Positions 40,101 through 55,100 of a DNA stretch of 64,000 bases are shown here, piece after piece. Source of the DNA: Orbicella franksi (lineage: Eukaryota); NCBI GenBank assembly GCA_964199315.1, contig OZ116698.1:5580001-5644000 (forward strand), read 5' to 3'. Position 1 is the stretch's first letter, and each line of letters begins with the position of its first letter. Made by a program: the position numbers and the translations under genes. Under the pieces are notes generated by a model that did no database searches, was not told the DNA's origin, and saw only the letters and a program-made list of their open reading frames with translations.

Positions 40101-43100
40101 TCTCTTTTTCTCTTTGTTTGCTTGTCCTGCAGGCCTCATCTGAAACTCTTCAGTGCCCTCGTTGTAGTGCTTCTGTGAATGCTAATCCTGGAGTTTGCAG
40201 CAACTGTGGAGAGAATGTCTACCAGTGCCACAAGTGCAGGTTTGTTTGTTGCTTCTTCCGTTTACAAGATGGCTTCATTTATCCATTGCAATATTAAAGT
40301 ATTATTCATTCACACTGCACAGTACCCAGGATAAGGGGGAAAATTAACGATTCATTTGTCCTTTGGACAAACATCAGAAAGAATTTAGTTGGCCGAAACT
40401 CAAAATGTCTTACCAAAACGTTTTTAAATTGATGAATCATTTACTTATCCTTGTTTTGTTTGTCCTCCAAATGTGTTTGTTCATGAGTGCTTCTCCCTTC
40501 CTGTTATAATCTTTAAACTGAACCGTCTAATCGTATATAAAAAGTCCGATGTCATTCGATGGATACCTTGTCTCGTTGCTTGCTCTGTCTAACACACGTG
40601 CAATGTTTCTTTTTGGCAGGTCTATTAACTATGACGAGAGAGATCCATTCTTATGCAATGCTTGCGGTTTTTGCAAATATGCCAAGTTTGACTACACTCT
40701 AACAGCCAGACCGTGCTGTGCTGTTGATCCAATCGAGAATGAAGAGGATCGCAAGAAGGTAGTCATGATTCCTAAAAGATAGTGTTCAAACAATAAGTAA
40801 CGGTGGGGAAATCTGTTTGCCCAGGCTTTGGGATGAATGGAAGTTTACAGAGAGATGATGGAACATGGTAAAGTGACGGGAAAGTTGTTGTACAAGGTAT
40901 CCAGTTGGTTAGTGTTTCTAGGAATGCAGATTTGCTTGGTTTCGTCGTTGATGTTTGTGTAATCATTCATTCCACAGGCGGTTGCCAACATCAACTCTCT
41001 TTTGGAGCGAGCTGACAGAGTGTATCGGCAGCTAGTGTCTCACAGACAGCCCTTGGACCTGCTGTTAAACAGGTTGTTGGAACATGGACAGCAAGAACCA
41101 TTGCAGGTGAACGGTCGTTGCCATTTGGGCTTTGTTAATGGTATTCATTGGCTTGATTAGCTCGAGTCAAACTGCGAGGCCGTGAATAGATGTGCAATTG
41201 AAAAGAAACTTACAGTTATTATGTACATCATCTAAAGTGCTGCCTTTGTTTTAATTTCCGCAAATAGTAGGTATGCTAATGTTTGAACGACGAAGTAGAA
41301 ATGTCTGTTCTTTCTTAGGAGATGTAAATGTAAAGTAACTGCAAAGGAGATTACTGATCATCCATTACATGTATCTCTTGTGTTACAGGAGAGTGCGTAT
41401 GGTGCGACACAGCCAGTGGCCTCTACAGTTGCAGGGTCTTCAACATCAAGCAGTTCCTCTGCAAACACTGGAGTCAACAAGGCCATCCAGGCTTTAGCCC
41501 ACCGCTATTGTGTTGAGTGCAAGGGAACTTTTGATGAGCTCAGCAAGATCACTCAGGTTTGGAATAATAGCTTGTTGTCCATTTATTGAAAGACTAACCT
41601 GCCACTGCATTTCGATAAACTATTTGATACAGAAAAACAAGCTGCGTTTATTCTCTACCAGTGGTCTCGTGGATATTTTGTGAAGCTTCGTCATTATTTC
41701 AACATTAAACTTGACCCCTACTCTGGGGTTGTCGAAACTTTTCTCGCCAACAACAGTCCTTTTCAGGCCTTCTCAGGGCTATCCACACCCGCACGATCAC
41801 ACGTGAGAAACTGCACTTTTCACTCTGCATCTTCAGTTCTTGAGTATTTCAACTGCTCTCTCCTTTGCTCAACAGAAAGTATTGGCCTCTAGAAAGGAGC
41901 TACTGGAGTATGACTGCCGCGAATGTAAAGGTCCGGAAAGCTCTAGCAGCAGCTCCTTGCTGCTGACGTCTGGTTCAAAGGGATTGCCTGGAGAATGTTA
42001 TGGCTGTGCTTCTGCTGCCATAGAACATTGTGTCACACTTTTGAGAGCATTAGCCATGGTGCCCGGAACTCGAAAGCAACTGGTGGAAGAGGTGAGGCTG
42101 GTTGTCTTTGGTATTACTGTGTCAGAAAGGTCAAATAAATAGCATTAATGAAGCAGTCATCTCTTTGAATAGTTCATGGACAGCATCTAGTAGTGTTTCA
42201 GTTGAAGTATTTTGAGCGTTTTGATAATGGAAAAGTCCAACAAGGCTTTGAGAGACAACCAATACAGATAAAGCATATTTGAACTCGTGCTTTTGTTCAT
42301 TGTTTCTTTAGGGCCTGATACAAGAGTTGGTGGAGTTTAACTTGCATGAAGGTACTCCGCAGATGAGAAGTGATGTAAGACATCTGTTGTGTTTGTTGAC
42401 CAAGGACAATGAACAAGCCACAAAACAACTCAATGAAATCCTGATCAGCGCAGTGGGCGAGGCTGTAAACAGTCACAAGTCCAACCCTGCAGTGGTTAGT
42501 ATGTCTACGTGATATTTTGAAATCTGTGAAAATCCACATCCCTGTTTTCACCTTAATAGTTGCAAACTGTCTTTCTGTGACCATGTTCTATTGAATGCCA
42601 TCGTTTGTGGTTTGTTATGGCTGCTTTGGTAATGGGGTGGTGTTGGTATTGTTGTTTGGTTTGAAAATCCGTTTTCATATGATGTGGTTTTTGAATTTGA
42701 ACCTCAAAACTGCTGGAAATACTTCTGTACGGACACTTCAATCAAATCAGTTCAAATTTTTTTTTCCTTGTAGGTCTCGGGTATCAGTCGAGAAATGTTA
42801 CTTTTGAGTAATGCGGTGGAGATGGAAGACACTTGTTGGGAGATGCGTCTGAGATGTGGTATGTTTTTATATAGTATGAAATCTCTATTCAGACATGTAG
42901 TTGTTATCAATAAAATGAACTGAGTGTCTTTGGAACTCGTTAACCTTTAGCTGCAGAGGTAAAGATGATTTTGCATTTTGCATCAAGAAAAGAAACTTAC
43001 TATTCTTGTTTGCTAGCCAGCTGGTAAATTTTAGGAAAGCACTCAGAAATAGTTTATTGTCCATGTAAGTATATACAAGATTTCAGGATTTCTTATTGAC

Positions 43101-46100
43101 TGGTCTAAACGACTATCTCGCCAATCGTGTTTGTGTTTTTGTCGCAGTGATGACACTGTTTATGATGTCTGTCGAGGTACGCAGTCCACTTATCATGGAG
43201 AGCATCACTTTACCATGTCTGAAGATTCTGCTTAAACTTGTTAAACCACCCCCACCCAGCAGTAAAGCCAACAAGGTATGTTAGCGTGTGGCTCTTCTAA
43301 GATTGCTATAGAGGTTGTTTTACACGTTATGGTGATGAAATGCTTCGTTCTACCCTGAACAAAGCTACCAAGTAGCACCCTTTCAACTCTGAGTTTAACC
43401 TTGAGTCTGATATTTTTCTGTGGAGTGTATGACGATTCAACAGCATGTTTATTTGATGCTGTTTGTTGTTTTGTAAATTTAAGTTTTGGGACTTTTTGAC
43501 ATTTTTCCTTATAAGTCACATTTTATTGAACCTGAGGGGCAAACTTATAAGCACTTCGAAAACCCATGGACAAGTTACACTGTAATACAAGTGTTCTTGT
43601 CCTACTACATTACCAGATGCAGCCGTATTATCTTTCAACACTACATGTTTTGTTTCTTTTTTATGCGACGGCTTACAAAGCTATTGATTGACGTTGTTCT
43701 TCACAGGACAAAGACTGCAAGTCATTAGGCTCTGTTCAGGGTTCCAGTGATGTGCGTATTAAAGCCAAACAGTGGATGGATGGTGATGCTAGCCACACGT
43801 ATTCTCAATGGAAAGCAATGGCTCCTACAAAATCAGCTGCATCCAAATCCGTGACTGGTGAGAGTCGCACTGAAGCACGGAAACGACACTTGATGGAGAA
43901 GTATGGCCGAAAGTGGCGTGAGAGGACCAAGAGGAGGGAGTCGCCTGAAGACCAAGAGTTCCGTGAGGAAGAGTGGCTTAGGCAGGTGTTGTTCACTCCA
44001 TCGAACAGAGCAGCTCGCGAGATGGCCTGTACCATGATAGAGTCCTTATGCCAGGTATACCTACAAGTAAAAAAGTGTGTTGTGCATGTGCAAACAGCCG
44101 CTTTTCATTCAGAGTGTACGTACACTGAGCAATGAAATGAGGTGTAATCACAGACTGTTTTATCCGTTCTGAGATGTGTCGTACATACTTGATTAGTTGG
44201 TGGGATAGAGATGGATGTGTATGTTGCATCATCTAGTGATTACTTTCAAGTGTATAAAGGTCAAACCTTCAAACTCTTCTGCATTGAACTTCTGAAATTG
44301 TGACGATTTTTCCAGAAGAGATTTCATTCTCTTGCCAAAGGCTGTCTCATTTGCAATTACTGTAGTGATTACGGCCTTAACTTCCAGACAATACCCTCCT
44401 TAGTCGGTGCTCATTACAGATTTTTACTTTGTTCGCTTATTAAGATACCCAGCCGACAGCAACACATGTTGGACTTGCTCACAAGGTAGGTGTCTTTTTT
44501 ATAGTAAGCATGAAGCTGTGATGTAAAACAATGACGCAAACGCTAACTAATAATAATAAGTAAACCCGTTATGACATTTTTGTTGTCTTAAATAAATAAA
44601 ACGTCTACACCAATGTAAATGAAAACTTAGTGGTCGCTCTAAAATGGTTTTGTGATTTGTTTTTAATGTTTTAATGATTACATGCAGTGTCCGGTTAAGT
44701 GAGAAGTCGGCAACTTGTAGACAGAACTGGCCTTGCATTGATGCTGGTTTTTATGTTTGCTCTACTTGTCCAGTTATCTAGAGGAGGTCCGTACTGCAGG
44801 AGAGAATGCAGCTGAGTTCTTCCAGTTGTACCAGCGATTGACTCAGCCTACTTACTGGAAATTCTACCTAGCTCTCCAAGGAGCTCTGATGCAGATCGGA
44901 CAGCTTTTAACCAAGGTACACAGTGTTATGCAAACTTCCCGTGCTACTTTGTTCTAGAATCATGTAATTTGTGAGAGCATTTCTTTGCGTGTCTGTAGGA
45001 AATTGAGCATTTGACTTACCTGGAGCAGTACACCCTCAGCTCGGATCTGTCCCAGGGATATGCTCTGAAAATGTTGGCTGGTAAGTGATCAAAGTTGAGA
45101 ACTTTTTGTTACCAACTCTTAAACAATTGTAAGACAACCAAAGAGCCAAAAGAATCCTACCAACTGTTTTGTCTTGACAGAATTGATGTCGTCTTTCCTG
45201 GAGCATGAAGCAATCAAACAGAAATTCAAGGGAAAGCTTGTAGCCACAGTGCTTAATGGTTACCTGTCCTTGCGAAGGTGACTTGGTTTATTACGTACTT
45301 ATTTTCTGTAAATGTAGTGAATTACCACAGCCAAGTGACATACAGTTTTGTATTGTATCATCTTTGATTGTTGGAAGTTGTCAACTAACTGCACTCGTTT
45401 GTTGTCAGACTGGTAGTTCAGCGTACAAAACTGATTGACGAGACTCAGGAGATTCTTTTGGAACTACTGGAGGAGATGACTACAGGTAGGTGTTACTTAA
45501 CAAGAGCTGAGCTGATGTTCCATTAGCTAGATAAAGAATAATCATTGTCGCATGAAGAACTTAAACCATTCAGTGCAAGAGGTGATGCCAACCGCAGAAC
45601 AGGTCATTGCTGATGGTTGCGACGTTTTTCATTCGAAATAATTTGCACCAGTCAAGAGAAAGTTAACTGCTCTTGTGATTCTGTTAATAGGTACCGAGAC
45701 AGAAACCAAGGCATTCATGGCTATTTGTGTGGAGACCCTCAAGAGGTTTGTTTGACAGCAGCTGTTTGTTTGTCTCCAGGATTCTGATTAAAGCTGGCTA
45801 CTACCAAAAGCAAAATGCTCCCCTCCCTGGAGCATGAAATATTTATCAAAAACTACATTTTTATAACATTTAGATGTTGAAACAGCTAACGTACGATGTT
45901 TGTTAACACGTGTTTGCAGGTATGGACTGGATGACCTCAGGACCCCCGTGTTCATTTTTGAGCGGCTTTGCAACCTGATCTTCCCAGTAAGTAAAGTGTA
46001 GAGTGAGGTTGTTATGACATGTTGTTCCTTTTTATGCTAAGTTTGATAATTTGACACGTCTAGCGTGAGGACAGCTGACAGTTGGTCCATGAGTGTCCTT

Positions 46101-49100
46101 GCATGGAAAGCTTGGACAGTGGGAGGTCTGAAACGCACTCTTTCATGAAAGAATTTTCGAAATGTAATGATCTGAAAGCTAAGATATCCTCGTTTGTTTT
46201 GTATTGTATTCGAGCAAAGTCGAGTGCAAGCTATGCAAAAACAGTTTTCTAAAATAATATCCTTTTGTAGTTTTGAAGATTATGTATTTGTTCAACAGCC
46301 TAAATTTCTTGCCATGTGCTTATGTCAAACAGTGTTATATATCTCATCATCTTTACTTGTTTTTAAAGGAGGAGAATGATGTTGGTGAGTTCTTCCTTAC
46401 ACTTGAGAAGGACCCTCAACAAGAAGACTTCCTGCAAGGACGCATGCAAGGAAATCCTTACAGGTCAGAACAGAGTACAATATGGGGCAATTGATACACA
46501 GGATTATCATTATTTCTATATTTGCCTTATTCTTCGTTGTACTTAGTTTTAAAATGATTAGAACAAGGGAATGAAATCGTAAAAAAAACCTTCATACATT
46601 AAATTGACTCACTGGTGCCGGGAATAGAAGCTACATAAGACTTGAGCATCTTTTCTGGAAACGTAGCAGGGTAAATAGAATTAAACGATACAACAGCAGT
46701 TGTATAGTTTGTTGGCAGTATGGTTTGAGGGCGCAATAGCTACCTGGGACCGGGGACAGGGAGAGGGTGTGTCAATGACGAGCCAAAAGTGAGTGATTAA
46801 CAAGCTTTACAGGACAGAGTTAGTAACGTTGTACATATGTTCTGTCTTTTTACAGTTGTAACGAGCCCGGGATGGGTCCACTCATGCGAAACGTCAAGAA
46901 CAAAATCTGCACTGGTAAGAAAACATCCAAGTTAATCTAATGTACTCTGTTCTCATTGAAGCGGGTCATGAGCTGTCTTGATAACCAACGGACCCTGTGT
47001 GATATGAAGTTGGCAAGAAGGTGTTATAGTTAGTCTCCTTGAGGGTTCCCGTTGTTTGCACCTTACTGTGGAGATTCAGACCATTTTATTGCCGAGATTG
47101 ATTTGATTAAAACATGTCCTGAGCTTCCTGAAATTACGTATCTCATGGCGGTGATTCATGAATCCTTTCAACGCAATTCATTACCAGTGCTTAAGGTTTA
47201 CAGTATCATCGATTATAATTATTCTTAGCTTACTTTAATGCAAATGCAGCATGTATGTAAACATTATTTTGTTTCTATTTGAAAAGATTGTGACTTGGTG
47301 GCTTTACTCGAGGATGACAGCGGCATGGAGGTAACGCTTGATATTTACAATTTCTTTTTTGCACTCAAACACGTTTAATTCGCATTATATTACACTTTAT
47401 GGCAACGCGGTACTAATTGTTTTGTTCTTTTCTTTGTTTCAGTTGCTTGTCAACAGCAAGATCATCAGTCTGGACCTGCCAGTCAAGGATGTCTACAAGA
47501 AAATATGGTGTCCAGAGGGAGAGGTTTGTAGATATTCTTAAATTAAAGAGATGTTTCTACTATGCTTTCTTGATTACTTATTATATTAGTACACTAAGTT
47601 CTTATATGTTCAATTCTTTTTTTACAGGGTGAACCAATGAGGATCATCTACAGAATGAGAGGTAAGAACCACGTGGCTGTTTACTGATCAATCTCTTTTC
47701 GAGTGGTCACGATGCTCTTGTTCGGCAACAGGAATTCTTAGCCCCCTTTTATATGGGCACCTGACCCAGCATACGTGACAGTGTTTACGCCTTCCACACA
47801 TGTTAGGAAACATTATCACATGCGCGCTATCAAACTGAAACCAGGCTTGGTCACCACTGACCGAAAACGCAGGAGCTTTAGGAACGAGGTTCTCTGTTTA
47901 TTGATCAGCTGTCACTTCTCCTTAGCGGCTGAGTGACATTCAATCCTTGAAATCTTACTTCCGAAAATCTGTTGAGACATCAAAGTATGTCTGCCTGGTG
48001 TTGACTTTATTTTGAGTAAAGAGAAATCACATGGTAACGTTCTACAGCACATGTTTCCACTCTTGAGAAGTTCATGTGAGACACAAGCGCTTCATAATAT
48101 CAGCATTGCAAAGACAGCAATTACGATTAACACGGATAAACACGCGTTTATTGTAGTAAAAAGCTTAAGTTGATCTCAATACACTTTAAGATATATTGGA
48201 TCACTGTTATTAATTCTCACCTCCCAAGTGGGTTCTTCTATGTAGTAGTGGTAGTAGGACATTATTGATGTCAAGGTATTTAGCTTTTAACAAACTAACC
48301 GGGGACTTAGTTATGTAATCTTGTGCAATATTTAAACTTTTATATAGCTTTTTTACCAGTCTTGATCTTTTCTTACATCATTTTGTCACAGGTCTGTTAG
48401 GGGATGCTACCGAGGAGTTTGTGGAGAACCTGGATACTCAACAAGGTTAGTTTGCTGACAGTTTGTAAGTTTGAAGAACTCACTGTATCTAATATCTGCA
48501 ACTTTACGAGTGTGGCAAAGCGTGCCTCACTGCCTTTGATGGCGTGCCTTTGGTAAGACTCCATTTCCAGGTGTTTCTTTTAACTTGTTTTCATATTAAT
48601 TTTTAAGAGGAGGAATTGGACGAGGAAGAGGTTTATAAGATGGCTGCCATTATGTCGAGTTCCGGTGGACTGGAAGCCATGCTGAGCAGGTATTTGAGAC
48701 TTCACTCTTATTCGTGCTTTGCGCTCCTACTCAGTCCACTCTTTGAAAGAACGTTTTTACTAGTACTTAGAAATTTACCTCTACATGACGTATCTGTTCA
48801 CAATTTTGACAATTTTGGTAAGTGTGCTTGATGGCCTTAAACTGTCAGAAAGTGTGATTTATCATGCTATTTGTGGTTGGTGATAAAAGCTGAGATTCAC
48901 GACAAGTCATACATGTATACGTCTGCTCATTTGAAGGTTGAGTGGAATAAAAGATCTTGTACGTGGAAAGCAGTTGGTATCGGTTATTCTGAAGCTCATG
49001 GGGTATTGCGTGAAACTCAAGGTATTGCTTTACTGGCGTCGCTCTTTTCTGAACATTTCTCGTGTATTGAAGTTATTATTTAGAACTGTAGACTAAAAGA

Positions 49101-52100
49101 GTTCGTTATTTCTCTGTAGGTCAACAGGCAATACCTTTGCCTTCCTACTCTTAACACACTCAATGTCCTTCTTGGAACTCTGAACCAGGTTTGAACCTTT
49201 TTCCTGTTGTATTGGTTAACTACTCTTTCTTCCATAGTATAGTTTTACGAGTTACTGTTTTACAGTTTCGCCGCTTTTTTCAACGTATTTCCAACAATCA
49301 TATTTTGAGTCAATATATCAAATAATATATTTCCATACTTGGGTTACAACGGAAAATTTGTCGCGCAGTGTTCTAAACTATTCAGGAGTCAGTTTGGTCA
49401 GTTCGTTAAGATATAACTTGTTGTTTTATGTTGTAGGCTTTGCGTCTGGAGGCTGACTCTGGAGGTGGAGCCAGCATCGCAGAGGACGTGTTAGGAATCA
49501 TGGAGACAGTGCTACAAGAGGCCACAAGTACACCAACCCCTGCTATCCCCATCCAGCAGGGAGATAGCTCTCAACTGGACATGCTGCTGGACAGAATAAC
49601 AAGTCCTTATGTGGTACAATACGCTTGTATTTACTTTACTTACCAACACTGTTCAGCACCTAACTTTCTCTTATAATAACCATTCACTATCAGGAACACT
49701 ACTGGGAAGTATTGTGAAATCCATCAACTGCTACTGAGCAAGCAATCTTGTCTCGATTAAACCAGTGAATTCCCAGAACTACGATTACAAGAAATCTGTA
49801 GCAACTAGTAAAGAGAGTTGATATTTTTAGCTTGGAGCTAAATGACTTGTATCGTATTTATTGCAGAGGACACACAGCAGTGTGCTTCAAGCTATGATGC
49901 GTATAATTCCTTTCTTGACGTTTGGAGATGAAGAAAACATGAGGACGCTGGTGAATCACTTTCTGCCCTACCTGGACTTTGAAAAGTAAGATGGCACTCA
50001 ACTTTGTCGAACGCTTGAACCGTTTACACTGTGTCTGATTCCTGGAAATGTCCATTGAAAGTTCTCTTTTTGTATCTAGAATAAGGGTGAAATATTGGTG
50101 CAGTTTCAAAGGACTTTGACGAACGTTTTGTATATTAACAATGCAAAAGTTGTCGTGCTCCTTTTCAAATATTTCCTTGACCCGTCATTTGCTGATGATA
50201 GGTAGTAGTAAAATCTAAATACACAATTTAAATGACCAAAGGTTTCTTTCTCTGTTATTTTTATTTCAAACTTTGATTGTTCTCCATCGCAGGTTTGATC
50301 GCGAGCGTTCAAGTGACGAAACTCTCTTTTTTGATTGCTTCTGTAGTATAGCAAGTAAAATCGAGGTGAGCATCGTAAAGGCAGTTCATCTGCATGTTCA
50401 AAGCCTCTGTGGTTCTTATGGGTATTTGTTGATCTCTGATGACAACTTTCTACTCTGTCTGTTTCCCCTCGTAGTTTTGCCTCCCATCTCTTATTTTAGA
50501 TCTTGTAACCTTTTGATCAATAATCCTCAATTATCTTACAGAATAATCACAATGGTTTCAAGCTGAAGGACATGATCATTGAGAACGGAGTTGTAGCCAA
50601 AGCATTGACATACTTGGAAAACCAAACCCCTCAGAAACCCTTCAGGTACCGAATGTTATACGGCTTGTGACTAGGTATTTGTAGGCACTCGTTTATTTAT
50701 TAGTTCTTTTAAGTGAGGGATGTAACTACGTCTCAAACCAGTTCCATCCCCAAGATTACACGTGTTTGGAAGCTGATCAGATTTTCTTTCTCGTGCATCC
50801 AACGTGATCTTAGCGACATTAACCCAATGATCGTCACTGGAAAAATCTCCCGTTTTTCCATTTCCATTTACGTGTTTTTTTTTTCCTGCCGTTCGGGCAA
50901 CTCACCTATTACAGCCTATTACAGCCGTTTGATCGGGTGTTTTATTGCTTCACACAATGAAAATGTCTTTTTTTTTTTTGGTAAGATCTATAATTTTACG
51001 ATTCATTCTGGCTGCAGCCCTTCTATTTTTTAATGTTTTTGTCTTGGACAAGGCTTACTCTGTGCTCCAGAATATCAATACTGATATTGATTTTAAGACA
51101 AGTGCTACCGGCCTTGGTCTTTAAACTTCAAGGTTGGGAAGATAGGTAGAACTTAAAGTGTTAATAAATTTCTTGTTCTTTAACAGCAAAGCAAATCTGC
51201 TTGAAGCTGACGTGTGGAAAGAGTTTTTAGCCCGGCCGTCTCTTCCTTATGTTCTTCGTCTTTTGTCAGGTCTTTGTAAAGGACATGTCAATACACAGGT
51301 GAGATTAGATTCGCATGTAAGGTTACAAATTTGCACTTGCAGATATTCCTTTTCCATAATACCAAACGTAGCTATTTTCAAAAGCTTATAGCTTTGCAAG
51401 TATTTTTCAAATAAGATTCACCTTGTTTTTATTTCTTGAAAGTTTCTTAATCCTAAAATTCATGGCAAACACTTTCTTTAATTTCGCAGTATTGGATAGT
51501 CGCGCTAATTACATCGTTCAAAGGCGTCTTTGATGTAAATAAATAGCCCGACGAAGTATCTACAACAAAGTTTACCTCTTTACTAACACAGTCAATAAAC
51601 TCATTACCAACTTCAAAATTCAAAACTGTATGTCACTATGGAATTGTGTACCTCACGCATATTCTTACCCAGAATGTAATTTTGCCAACAAAGCTAGGCA
51701 AGTCCATCCCTGTTGTACGCGTTTCAATGCTTAAGGTGACTTTAAAAAGTTATTACAAACTTTTCTTGGTTGATAAAGGTGCTGGTCGGTGAGACAGCTG
51801 TACCAGCCATTCATCGTCTGGAGCAAGTCTCGTCGGAGGAAAAAGTTGGCTCGCTGGCAGAGAATCTTATGGAAGCACTTAGAGAACATCCTAATGTCGA
51901 GAAAAAGGTAAATTCAAGCGTCTTATTGTTCACTCTTATTACTAGCTAGCTTAATGGAAGTAGTGTTTACCAACAATTTAATACCGCCATGTCGAGTATC
52001 GGTAGCCGAGGAGAAAAGGTTTTCTTATTAGTGTTGTGTGCCAACTGAATCCAGGCCTGTCATATCTGGTCAGTCACAACCAAACTTACTTACCTTGTTT

Positions 52101-55100
52101 TGTGGTTGTGTTGCGTCTCAGGTGTCAGAAGTACGCCGATCAACACGAATGGAAAAAAAGAAGCTGGCCATGGCTATGAGAGAAAAACAGCTTGGAGCTC
52201 TTGGCATGCAGGTGCTTGTATTCTCCTTACTATGTTCCACGCATTATTTTTCATTTGAGTTAGGAGAATTGCGCGGTTCATCCGTAATATCCTATAACTG
52301 ATCTGTTTCTTTATTCTCATCACGGGTGTGCTTGAGTATGTCTCGCGTCAAGGTCAAGGTCAACTTTATTTAGGCAGGGTGGCCCAATCAGCACTTGGCT
52401 GGTATCAAAAGGGGCCCTCCGTTTGTACGGAGAAATTGTGTGTTGATCATTTTTGGGAATTGAAGAAGTAAATGACTTTCCTAGAGTTTAGTGTGATGAC
52501 ATCTGTAGAATCTATTTTACAAAACCGTGACGGTTCTCAAGTTTAGTGTTATAATTTGTTATCATGTACAAATAATTTTCAGACGACATCCGGGGGAAAG
52601 ATCATTGCCAAACCGACAAGTTTACTTCGCGAAATGGAAGAACTTCATGAAGAGGCTGGACTGGCTTGTTGTATTTGCCGTGAAGGATACAGATATCATC
52701 CTCAAAAGGTTTGTTGTTTTTCATGATAACTTCTAGGAACAACATGTGTTTCGACTCAGCAAGTGCTCCATTCTTTCCCTGTTTGTGGTATCATCACCCT
52801 TGCATCATCTACCCTACGGTCGAATTCGTGGCTCGTTACATTCTATTAAGTCTATCGCAACATTTCACGTTCTCAACAGGTTTCATTTAAGCTGTTGTTA
52901 GTAACAGCAAAGTCTCCTGTGGTTTATTTAATTGCCTTGGTAAGCTTTAACGGAGGTTTTTTTGTAACCCTTTACAGGTTCTGGGTATCTACACGTTCAC
53001 CAAGAGATGCATTCTGGAGGAACACGAAAACAAACAGCGTAAAACACTGGTAATTCCCGGGTTTCGTTGATAAGTGATGATCAAGTCTGGAATTTCCTTT
53101 TAACGAGTGATAGCGTAGCTAGAGAGAGTTACGACACGTTTCTTACCTGACGTGATAGAGTGGTTGACTGATGAAACAATTGTTTAATACAGCTCTCGAT
53201 CTTTCACAAAGTTAGTACGATTGTGCAGGGTGTTTGGAAGCTATGAAGCAACGTGAGTTACCACTCTGGGGTGGTTGTGCTATTTTGTGATTGAACAAAA
53301 AGATTCGGAATCTCCGTGAGACTTCCGCGAGACTTGTAGACCTTTAAAACAGCCGTTAACAGGGTTTGTGTTGTTGATCAGGCTAAGCGTCCGATTTGTA
53401 AGGCTTTGATACAGGACGCTCAGCTTGTTTTAAATTGATGATTTCTTGCATGTATGTTTGTTGTGTTCCTCAGGGTTACTGCACTGTCAGCCACTTTAAT
53501 ATCGTGCATTATGACTGCCACATGGCGGCTGTAAGGTAAGAAAACAACCATCCTCTTTGCTCTCTTTAAGACTGTTGGAAGGAAACTCCGAAGATTCCTT
53601 ACCATGCACGTGATTAAGTACGACTCTACACGTGTACTCTGTATCCTGCCATTATCCGCTGAGTTGTTCATATCTCTATCAATCTCTATCTAGATCACTT
53701 AGTGACGTCTGCAGCAGTTGCTAAGTCAAGTTTTTCCTTATTAGGCTTGCTCGAGGTCGTGATGAGTGGGAAAGTGCTGCCCTTCAGAATGCAAACACCA
53801 AGTGCAATGGTCTGTTGCCTATCTGGGGTTCAAAGGTAAGCGATTGAACGAGATTTCTGCTGTTCTTTTGATGAGACAAATAACTACCACCGGCATTTTC
53901 GACGCCTTGGAAAGAATAGAAATTGTTTAACGCAGACCTACTCGTTTGTAAAACTCTGTTTGTTGAAGTGTGTCGGTTGGGAGTAAGCAGACTTGGTTTC
54001 TGCATGGAATTTAGTTTAGGAAAAGTCGGCGACTCTTCGCATCTGACTGGGGTAATTAAAGAAGTTCATATCTGTTTAAACTTGATGTTTCTATCACCAT
54101 ACCAGGTTTCTGAGTCTGCATTTGCAAGTTGTCTGGCAAGGTAAGAGTATTTCCACTGCTCAAATGCTCTTGTTGCGTTGGTGAAGCTCTTTGTTTCGCC
54201 TTGAGTGCTCTCAGGTCCATTAGTAGTCATTGTATTTCCGCCAATCGAATGTAGTTGGTAATATCGTCACAAAGCCCTTTGACAGGCGGTGCGTAATTTC
54301 TTGAATGGGGTATGAATTTCTGTAATATGTGAATGACACACTACTTTCAGCTTAAGTAGCACTCCCATTTTACTCCACTTTTATCGCTTTCAAAAAAGAA
54401 ATTTACAATCGTTTTTTTTTTTTTACTTTCAGACACAACAGTTACATTCAGGAGTGTACGGGTCATATGGAACCTACGTATCACGCTTCTATTCACGACC
54501 TGCGTCTGCTGCTCCAGCGGTTTGCATTTGAAAAATCCTTCAGTGAGGACACCGGTGGCGGGGGCCGAGACTCGAACATCAAATTTGTGCCGTATGCGAT
54601 CCACATGATACTCTATGTCTTAAACACGTAAGAGTCGTGAACTATTGATACCAGTTTCTTAATGCTACATAGTTAAACATGCAAGTGCATTGATATTAGA
54701 GGCTGGAAAGTGGTGAAAAAAGTCTAATGTAATTTGGATTGGTGAAATCAACCCTTCTGTTTCCTTATGAGTGTTGGCCTGAGAAAGGCAATGGGACATC
54801 CTAGAGGTAAAGAACAAAATTGTTTCACATCGATGGGAATCGAACCCAGGACCCTCGGATTAGTTCATCGTTGCTCTGTCGACCAGGCTACGAGGCCAGA
54901 CGTATATTTTAACATTGCTCGCGAAGAGGGCGAGGGAGAAGTAAAGGACTTTTTTCAAAGAATTTCATAGCTTCTTTTATGAGCGCTTAAATGTACTTTG
55001 TCACCGTGGCTTAATATCAGTCCAAATTGGAAATAACTTTGTTATTTTCTCATGCAGGACCCGCCAACTGAGTCGAGAGGAGAAGACGCTGAAATCATTT

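Noticed and set aside
48977-48982. Apparent donor GTATCG ending an exon at 48976
   Set aside because: The frame continues as [15 protein letters not shown], which matches UBR4, so the real donor is at 49022.
54826-54897. Functional tRNA gene
   Set aside because: The A-box/D-arm and acceptor stem are degraded, so it is better explained as a SINE head.
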